This document shows positions 52,383 to 64,000 of a stretch of 64,000 nucleotides of DNA, one piece after another. The notes under the pieces are model-generated. The model had not been told where the DNA came from. It worked only from the letters and a program-made list of their open reading frames with translations, and did no database searches. The translations under genes were made by a program, and so were the position numbers. Origin of the DNA: the human T2T-CHM13v2.0 reference genome, Homo sapiens; NCBI RefSeq assembly GCF_009914755.1, contig NC_060926.1; one strand, given 5' to 3'. Position 1 is the first letter of the stretch; each line of letters starts with the position of its first letter.

Positions 52383-52961
52383 CCCACTTAACTGGAAAAT
52401 ACAAATATTCCAGGACTGAAAAAACTATGTCTCTGAGAACCTCTTTCCCTCCTCTACCATATATAGGTCCTCAGGGATGCACTCAGAGCTTTGGCTAAGG
52501 AAAGGGGTGCTTACCAGGGTGGCCACATGCATCCTGGACATCAAAGGGATGACATTGGTCACAGCCAGTTGCCTCGTTCCCAAAGATTCCAGAAGGACAT
52601 TGGCATTGTGGCAAAAGAGCAGCAATGCCAGTGTTCCCACTGGGCATGTCAAGTTGATTTAGAATTAGGCTGAGGAAAGGGGACACTTCGGCCTAGTCCA
52701 GGAGACCATGGGGTGTTATTTCCTAGCTTGTTCTTAATTTCTCAGCTGAAGGTAGTGTAATAGACACTGATTATTTGTGGCCACCTAATATCTCTGAACT
52801 CCCTCCTCTTTTTCTTTTGTGTAACAGCTTTATTGAGATGTAATTCACATACCACACAATTCACCCATATAAAGTGTACAATGCAATGGCTTTTAGTATA
52901 TTCACAAAATTTTGCAACCATTACATCAATCAATATTTTCATTATCCCAAAAGGAAATCTT

Positions 52962-55495
<2,534 letters not shown>

Positions 55496-55547
55496 ACAAC
55501 CATCTGTTCATTAATCTTCTGTCTCTATATGTTTTCCTATTATAGAC

Positions 55548-55907
55548 TGTTAAAGGCTGAATTGTGTCCCCCTGATATTCATATGTTGTGGTTCTATTTG
55601 TATTTGAAGACAGGGTCTTGAAAGAGGTAATTAAGTAATAATGAGGTCACCAAAGTGGGCTCTAATCCAATACAATTGGTTCCTTAAAAGAAGAGATTAT
55701 GGCACAGGCACAGAGAGAAGACCATGTGAAGACACAGGGAGAAGATGGGATCCCCAAGCCACGAAGAGCAGCTTCAGAATGAAACCAACCCTGCTGGTGT
55801 CTTGATCTCAGATTTCTAGCCTCCAGAACTGTGAGAAAATCCGTGTCTGTTGTTTAAGCCATCAAGTCTATGGTACTTTGTTGTGGCAGCCCTAGAAAAA
55901 GAATACA
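55548..55907 (+). mobile_element. MLT1B-like solo LTR
   Basis: TGTTAAAGGCTGAATTGTGTCCCC..GGCAGCCCTAGAAAAAGAATACA. Confidence 0.88.
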
Positions 55908-56709
55908 TTTCAAAGAAATGAAATCATACAATATCTGATCCATTGTGATGGGCTTCTTTTACCTACCATAATGTTTTCCAGGTTCACCTATATTGTAGCA
56001 TACATCAGTACTTCATTCCTTTTATGACCAAATAATCTTCCATTGTATAGATATACACATTTTGTTGATCCATTAGTTAGCTGAGGGACATTTGGATTGT
56101 TTACATTTTTTAGCTATTTTGCAGAATGTTGCTATGAATATTGATGTAAAAGATTTTGTGTGGACTTACATTTTCAATTCTCTTGACTATATATCTAGGA
56201 GTGCAATTGCTGGGTAACTCTATGCTTCACCTTTTGCAGAACTGCCAGATTGTTGTCCAAAGTGGCTGCACCATATTACATTTCCAGCAATTCATGAGAG
56301 TTCCACTTTTTCCACATCTTCACCAACACTTGCTGTTATCTGTCTTTTTTATTATAGCCATCCTAGTGGATTCATAATGGTATCTCAGTGCAGTTTTGAT
56401 TTGCATTTCCCTAATGGCTAATGATGTTAAGCATCTTTCATGTGTTATTGACCATTTGTATATCTTTTTTGGAGAAATGTATATTCTGATCTTTTGCTTA
56501 TTTTTAATTCAGTTATTTTTCTTTTCGTTATTGAGTTGTAAGATTCCTTTATAGGCAAGAAATGCAAGTCTCTTATCATGTATATGATTTTCAAAGCTTT
56601 TCTCCATTCTGTGAGTTGTCTTTTCATTTTCTTGATGGTATTCTTTGAAGCATAAATGGTTTTAATTTTAATGATATCTTCTCTACCTTTTAGTAATATC
56701 CCATATGAT

Positions 56710-57148
56710 AAGTTGCACCTTCCCAAGGTAGAAGCTAGAAATCTTCCACACCGAAACTCTTTTGTAGCTAGGGTAACCTAGATTCCACCAATCAGATCTA
56801 CCCATGATAGTCTTAGATTTTGGAAATTAGCAACCCAAGGAATTGGCTGCATGGAGAGAAATTGATATGATGATGGAGGCCTCTAGATCTTCAAGATCAG
56901 AATAGGGAGAAGCTGCTGGTATCCATCCTGGTTTCCTCATTGATACAAAGCAATAGTGGCAAAGGAAAATTTGCTCAAGAAGCTCCTGTTGTGTGTCCAC
57001 GATTGTTCCTGAATGGCTCAGAGCCTACTGTCTGCCCCTCCTTGATTTTCTGTGATCTACCTAATATTCTTGAATAAACCCCCTTCCTGATTAAACTAAT
57101 CAGAATGGATTCTGTTGTTGGCAACTCAGAACCTTGACCATTAAATAC
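56710..57148 (+). mobile_element. LTR33-like ERVL LTR
   Basis: TTGTAGCTAGGG..TTCCACCAATCAGAT..AATAAACCCCCTTCCTGATTAAACTA..GGATTCTGTTGTTGGCAAC. Confidence 0.55.
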
Positions 57149-57399
57149 CCAGTCTTATCAGAATAAGGGAATTCTAGGATTTCAGGAACTATAGACCTTG
57201 CTACTTCAGCAAAAGTAAACTGCTTTATGTCTTTTAAAAAGTGACCTAACCCTTATATGTTATCAAGTAGGCCCTGTTTTCCTACAACTGTACTTTTAAA
57301 AACTTTTCACAAGATACTTAAGAAAAATATAATCCTTAATATAAATTCAAAATAACCTGTCAAAGACTTTCAAACAGCGTAGTTTTCCTTGATGGTAGG

Positions 57400-57755
57400 T
57401 GATATGGGTTGGCTGTGTCCCCACCCAAATCTCATCTTGAATTCCCAGGTGTTGTGGGAGGGACCCGGTGGGAGGCAATTGAATCACAGAGGGCAGGTCT
57501 TTCCTGTGCTATTCTCCTGATAGTGAATAAGTCTCACGAGATCTGATGATTATATAAGGGAGAGTTTCCCTGCACAAGCTCTCTCTCTTTTTGCCTGCTG
57601 GCATCTATGTAAGATGTGACTTGCTCTTCTTTGCCTTCTGCCATGATTGTGAGGCCTCCCCAGCCACGTGGAACTGTAAGTCCAATTAAACCTCTTTTGT
57701 AAATTGCCCAATCTCAGGTATGTCTCTATCAGCAGCATGAAAACGGACTAATACA
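57400..57755 (+). mobile_element. THE1A-like solo LTR
   Basis: TGATATGG..CGGACTAATACA; perfect TSD GTAGG at 57395-57399 and 57756-57760. Confidence 0.93.
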
Positions 57756-59776
57756 GTAGGTTTCCAGGAGTGAAGTGAATCTGCTTGGTTTATCAACACA
57801 CTTAACTCACTTCATGATCAGTGGTCAGGATTTGCAGGTGGTTGCACAGATGAGCCCAGGTGTCGAAACAGAACACAGGTGCTGGCCACGTGGAGATTAG
57901 CTATGAGCATTGATCTTACTGGTTTTGTGCTTAAGTTGCTCCACAATAACCAACAAATGAGAACGACCTTTCCTCTGAAGGAGAATGAACAACAAATTGG
58001 GGAAAAGGAAAGATTACCATGCTTCCTTAAGAGTTGCTAAATCAATAGCAACTAGAATTAAGAATGAGAGATACTCTCTCCTTGATTCAGGGCCCCATCT
58101 GGATTCCTAAGCCAGTTCTATAGGCAAAGTTCTGAGAGTCACTTACAGTGAATTCATGACTTCTTAAAAGCTTATTTCAGCCTAGCTATACCGTTCCAAA
58201 TTTACCAGATATTTTTCCAATACTGTGTTGAACTGATTAATTGGACTTACATAAGGGAAGCCACATTACTGGGCAATGGCATGTTCAAAAAAGCAAGACA
58301 TTAAGGAGATTAAGAAAGATTTTTGCAAACTCAAGGCCACCAATGCTTATTCCAAACTTTAAATCTTTAGAGATCAAAAGTCCTGCTACAGGATAAAGCA
58401 TACCAAAGCCATAGAGAAACGTTAGTTTTGGCAAGATGAGCAAAGAGAAGTGGAAAGAAAGGAAGCAAACAAAATACAAAGAGGAAATTCTACCTTGACT
58501 CTCTTCACAGAAGTTTTGTTTAAAAACAGCAAACAATCAGTCAGCAGTCTTTTCATATCATCAAAAAAATAACTAAAAGAAAGATACTTGGAATGAGCGA
58601 CCCCTGCAGGCTCTGCTCTTTTCAACATGTGAAACTCTGAGGTTAAAAGGTTTTATGGAATTTAATCCCTTTGGAAGTTAAGAGAAGAGCCAGAGTCATG
58701 TTCTCAACTTCAGGAGTTGGCTGGCTGGTTGTTTCATTCTAGATAAGAAATCCACTCACCCTGCATAGATATGGATATTCCATTAGGTCAAACCCCATCC
58801 CTGGAATATAACAATTCAATCCAGTGGCCTTTAATAAAGGTACCAAGTCCAACACTCCAACAAGAGAGTTAAGAAGTCATTCAGCTGTGTTTGTCTAACA
58901 GAAATAGCAGAAATACAGTTCAAATCCTTTCCAAAAGTTGTCAATTTCATTGACTTTAAAAAATAAAACCCTATTGGTCTACAGAACAATAATGCTATTT
59001 GCAAAGTTTAATCCAGTATAAGAACATTTCTTCCTTCCCTAACACGTAAGTGCTCAGCAATGATAAACACATGGGGATAGAGTAGAAAACCTCCCCCTTT
59101 TCATGCCTCTCCACTTCAAATGTACTGGCCTCAGAACTAGTAAACTCAAATCCACAGTGAGAATTCTTTTTTCTAGCAGAACTCATGTGAGTAGGGTGAA
59201 TAATGGAAAGTATGTTTCATAGTAAAAGCTCCACAAATCTGCCCTGTACAGCCAGTGTAAGCCCAACTGCAACATTTGGCCTGCACTCAAAGAAAGAACA
59301 AAATCCAACTGCAGCCCGTACTTGGGTACACCTGAATTTATGGCTCATTTCTCTGCTTGCTCCATGCTCCATGGGACTGATCTGAGTAAGTTTCATTTTC
59401 ATTGAAAGAAACCCAACTCCAGGCCACAAAAATCAATAAGAGCCCTGTACTCAGTTTGGCTGCAAAGCTAGAAAACAAGGTGAGAAATGGTCCCTATGTT
59501 AATAAAAGGAAATAGAGTACATATACATACACTCATCCACATACAGACGATTGAACTCACTTCCAGATGGGCTGCCAGAGGAAGCTGATTGTACCCAAGC
59601 TGGCAGAGGGCACAGAAAGTGATTAGTTGTCAGAAACATAACAGTGAGGCCCTCTCTCCCTTGCCCAAAAATATGAAGAAAGACCAGCAACATTAATGTG
59701 AATGAGATCTGATTGTATCACTAAGGGCAGCAATTTCTATCTTTTGCTGAGGTCTGAGTGACTTGGTAGGTCATTC

Positions 59777-59781
59777 AAAAA

Positions 59782-59825
<44 letters not shown>

Positions 59826-59837
59826 ATCTATCTATCT
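59777..59837. repeat. Compound (A)n(TA)n(TCTA)n microsatellite
   Basis: Read directly from the sequence. Confidence 0.95.
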
Positions 59838-60131
59838 GCCGGGCGCAGTGGCTCACACCTGTAATCCCAGCACCTTGGGAGGCCGAGATGGGCGGATCAC
59901 GAGGTCAGAAGATCGAGACCATCCTGGCTAACACAGTGAAACCCTGTCTCTACTAAAAAATACAAAAAATTATCCAGGCGTGGTGGCGGGCACCTGTAGT
60001 CCCAGCTACGTGGGAGGCTGAGGCAGGAGAATGGTGTGAACCCGGGAGGCCGGAGCTTGCAGTGAGCCGAGATCTCGCCACTGCACTCCAGCTTGGGCGA
60101 CAGAGCGAGACTCCATCTCAAAAAGAAAAAA
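59838..60131 (+). mobile_element. AluY
   Basis: AluY diagnostics GAGACCATCCTGGCTAACA, AATGGTGTGAACCCGGG, GAGCTTGCAGTGAG. Confidence 0.95.
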
Positions 60132-60154
60132 TGTATATATATATATATATATAT

Positions 60155-60510
60155 ATTAGACTTCGGGGATACAAGTGCCATTTTGTTATGTGGATATGTT
60201 GCATGGTGGTGAAGTCTGGACTTCTGGAGTAACCAACATCTGAATAGTGTATATTGTATCCATTAAGTAATTTTTCATCCTTCACCTCCCTCTCACACTC
60301 CCACCCTTCCAAATCTCCAGTATCTGTTTTTCTACTCTCTATGTCCATGTGTACACATTATTTGGATCCCACTTATAAATGAGAACATGTGGTATTTGTC
60401 TTTCTGTGTCTTAATTGTTTCACTTAGGGTAATGGCCTCCAGTTCCATCCATGTTGCTGCAAAAGACATGATTTCATTCTTTTTTATGGCTGAGTAGTAT
60501 TCCATAGTGC

Positions 60511-60567
<57 letters not shown>

Positions 60568-60810
60568 TATCTGTATATCCCACATTTTCTACATCCAATC
60601 ATCCATTGATGGACACTTAGGTTGATTCCATATCTTTGTTATTGTGAATAGTGCTGTGGTAAACATGCAAGTGCAGGTATTTTTTGGATATAATGATTTC
60701 TTTTCATATGGGTAGATACCCAGTACTGGGACTGCTAGATTGAATGGTTCTTTGAGAAATATCCGTACTGTTTTCCATGGAAATTGTACGAATTTACATT
60801 TTCACCAAAC
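60155..60810 (-). mobile_element. L1MA-type 3' end with internal (TA)n(CA)n at ~60511-60570
   Basis: Antisense MEYYSAIKKNEIMSFAATWMELEAITLSE plus L1MA 3' UTR. Confidence 0.88.
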
Positions 60811-61499
60811 AGGGTAGCACAAGGGAGAGGGTAAGAAAGGAGTATTAAAATTTTCACCTGTTATCGGTGAAAGGAGAACCCCTGTCCTAAGGACTCAAAT
60901 CTAGGTTCTTTCTCTGGAGAATATTTCAGAAGTCTTCTAGCAAATCTAGGTAATCTAGGTGGTATGTGTGTAAGTGCATGTGGGGCAGGGTGTGTGGATG
61001 TTTACTGTGAATATCCCAGGGAGTTAAGCCTGCAATTGAGGAATATTTCACTCTCGGAAAACAAGCACAAAGAGATCCTCACTTTATATTAAATTTGCCT
61101 TGTGGATTTCTCAATGTTAATAGAGCAATCTCTATTCACATGGGCAAAGAAAAACCTTGTTCTGGGTATAGTATAAATATTCTTATAAAGAGAATTTCCA
61201 GGAGCTCAGATTAATCCTTCATATCTGTCCCTGTAGATTTAAGCAAATAAGCCTTCATCCACATGCCAATATCTCACTGGAGCAGTTCTGAGCAGAGCTG
61301 ACTTCTGGTTGCCCTCCTCTTTGGAAAACTCTACGAATCCACAGAGGGGGTCATTTTGACCCTCTGCAGTCCTCGGAAAGCTGCTGAGGGTGGCTTTTCT
61401 GTCTGAAGTGTGAAGGCAGGAGAATACCCCTATCAGAGTAAGAGCAGAGCTCTTACCACAAAATAGGCACAGTGTTAAACTCTCAACATTTGTCATCAC

Positions 61500-61650
61500 A
61501 TTGCATCTTCACAAGTGTTGAAGAAAATTCAGTTATTTTTCATATTTTGTAGATGAGAAAACAGACGCAAGAGGGCAGTGGCTTGCCCTAGCCTGTGTAG
61601 CTTAGGCATCTGCTGCTGAGCCCCTGTTCTTAAACACATAGTTCTCTGCC
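61500..61650 (-). mobile_element. MIR
   Basis: ATTTTGTAGATGAGAAAACAGACGCAAGAGGG..GGCTTGCCC. Confidence 0.6.
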
Positions 61651-62864
61651 TTAGGAAGGGTTTCCATTGCCAACCTTGTTCTTTGCAATTCTTGTGCTAG
61701 GTAACTGACATCTCTAGAATGACCAATTCCATATAGCAAAAACTTTAGCAAGATGTGTGATGTAGCTTGCTCAGAACTGTCAAAGCCTTTCTTTCTTCAT
61801 GCTGTTCCTGACATATATATTCCCAACACACATGTTCCTGTCAATATACTCCTGATATATATAATGTAGCAGAACTATTTTTCCTGCCTAACTGACCACC
61901 TGCTACCCAAAGGTTGTTTATACAGACATCTACTTCTACCTCTGCGACATGGTGGTAACAGCACAGACTTTCAAGGTGGTTCTGAGTGTGAATCCCGGCC
62001 ACTGATGTATTACCTTGAGTTCAAGATGTAATAGGACCAAGGCCCAGCCAGCACTGAGGCACAGGACATGAGAGTGCATTTCAGGTCTGTGAGGCTGCAG
62101 ACAAAGCAGTGCATCCTATTGCAGAGCTGGCTCACCCTGAGGTGTGACTGTGTGAAAACTAAAAGCCATGAGCCAATCATTGTAGGTCAGGCCATGGAGG
62201 GTGTTATGTCCACTAAGCTGAACCTATGGAGCGTCATGGTGCCCTGAATACTGCTGTGAAAGCATCCTGCGCCACCAGCACCTGGGATCACTGCCAGAGA
62301 AGAGGCCTCTGCCGCCATGCTCTTTGGCAGCAGTTCCAGTGTGGAGCTTTGCCTCCCATTCCCCCTACCTCCCACTGGCATCATCCCTCTATTGCCCATG
62401 CCTACTAGATGACTTACTTCGGAACCTCCTCTAGTCCCGCCATCCTGTGCTGGGGCTGAGTGATGGAATTAGAAGTGCTTTAATGAGAAGAGACCTGGAT
62501 GCAACTCTGGTTCTGAAGAATTCCAGCACTGGGGCAAGATGGTGCGCTTGTACCTAAGGATGCTGGAGAAACAGGGAACTGGACTCTGCCTGCTTCTGTG
62601 CCTTGGGCTCAGCCTTCCCCAGGCACCGTCTACTCAGCCATCAGTACCCCTCTGTTGTGAGGAGTGTCTGAGATCGGCCTGCACTGGACATTTGCAAGCA
62701 TCTGGATCCCTGGACTGCTAATAGAAAGAGGTTGGTCTTTTGAAGAAGGTTCAATTTGACTTCTGGACTCATGGCTATTTTCAGAAAGTGTGTTTTCTGG
62801 AACTTCATTCTAGGGATTAAAGGAGACAAATTACCTCAGTTTTAAAACCTGCTTAATTAATGTG

Positions 62865-63320
62865 CTCTAAATCTGGAAATGATTCAAATGTTTGTCAGTT
62901 GGTGATTGGAAAAACAAACCGTGGGAAAACCATACAATGAAATACTTACCAATATAAAGGAATGAACTATTTTTATTATATGTAATAGCATGAATAAATC
63001 TCAAAATAATGCTGAGTGAAGAAGTCAGATGAAAAAGGGGCCATACTGCATGATTCCAATCATATAAAAATTTAGAAAATACAGCCCATAGTGACAGAAA
63101 GCATGTGAGTGGTTGTCTGAGGTTGAGGGTATGGGTCAGGGAGAGGTGAAAGGGAAGGATCAAAAAGGGTCGTCAGAAAACCTTTGGGGTGACTGATATG
63201 TGCATTTTTGATTGTGGTGATGGTTTCATTGGTATGTACATATGTAAAATCATCAAATTGTACGTGTTGAACATATGTAATCTATTGTACATCAATAACA
63301 TGTCAATAAACCTGCAAAAA
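62865..63320 (+). mobile_element. L1MC/ME 3' end
   Basis: CATACAATGAAATACT..GCATGAATAAATCTCAAAATAATGCTGAGTGAA..TTGATTGTGGTGATGGTTTCA..CAATAAA. Confidence 0.85.
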
Positions 63321-64000
63321 AGATAATATATACAAGATACTTAGCAGTGTGCCTGGCATGCAGTCTGTGCTTGATAAATAGGAGTTATGTTGCTGTTTTC
63401 ACACTCGGCTTCACTGTCACCTACTTTAGTGAGAACAGGAGCTAAAGACATGGAGACCCCGATCCTATGATGTGTCTCAAATGGACTCTGCCCAAAAGCT
63501 GAGGGAGGCTCTGTGTGCATCAGAACTAGAGCCAGTACGGAAAGAGATTCAGAAATTGGTTTAGGAACCCCTTCCAACCAAAGTGACACTTCCCAAAAAA
63601 ACATGTTATAATATCAGTGTTATAGGAGAAAAACCTTCTTGAAATATATTTCCGATAATGCCTGTAATTCTGAAAGCACATTTTGGCCTGCTTTCTCACC
63701 TTGTCCAGACTGAAGAATTGTTTCAGTTTGGTATCAATCAGCCCCTTGATTCTAAAATGCCATTGCCCAGGTATAGACAGCTCACCCCATGGCATGAGGA
63801 CTCTTCCTCGTGGATTTCTGCAACCCTGGGCTCTAGGTTTGGTTGGGTACTGCGATCAAGCTTCCCCCACAGTCTTAGTTCATCTCTGCTGTGTTCAACA
63901 AACATTCATTTCAAGGAATATCCACTCTCCTTCATAAATGTTGAAAATTTCATAATCTCCCCTGGCCATCCTGTCATTGCTCATATGTGAATTAGGTGAT

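Overview
This is primate (human or ape) genomic DNA, not a prokaryotic accessory region. It contains AluJ/S/Y SINEs, L1PA/L1M/HAL1/L2 LINEs, MIRs, MaLR LTRs (THE1, MST, MLT1), ERVL LTRs, an HERV-K(HML-2) LTR5 end, and DNA-transposon fossils (Tigger3a, MADE1, MER5, MER94). I found no supportable host protein-coding exon, RNA gene or CpG island, so it reads as intronic or intergenic. The only ORFs with recognisable protein similarity are L1-family remnants, chiefly a 464-codon ORF2 reverse-transcriptase fragment. I cannot support a novel biological system. The best second-look items are: two short, near-identical non-tandem duplications of local sequence (172 bp, 1.4 kb apart; 41 bp, 1.6 kb apart), which look like templated insertions; a MADE1 hairpin with a fully paired 25-bp stem (miR-548-like); an LTR5 that keeps its TATA box but lacks its poly(A) signal; a truncated L1 ORF2 fused in frame to a strong-Kozak ATG in flanking DNA; and several nested TE stacks. 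Repeat subfamily names come from recalled consensus sequences, and boundaries of old repeats are approximate.
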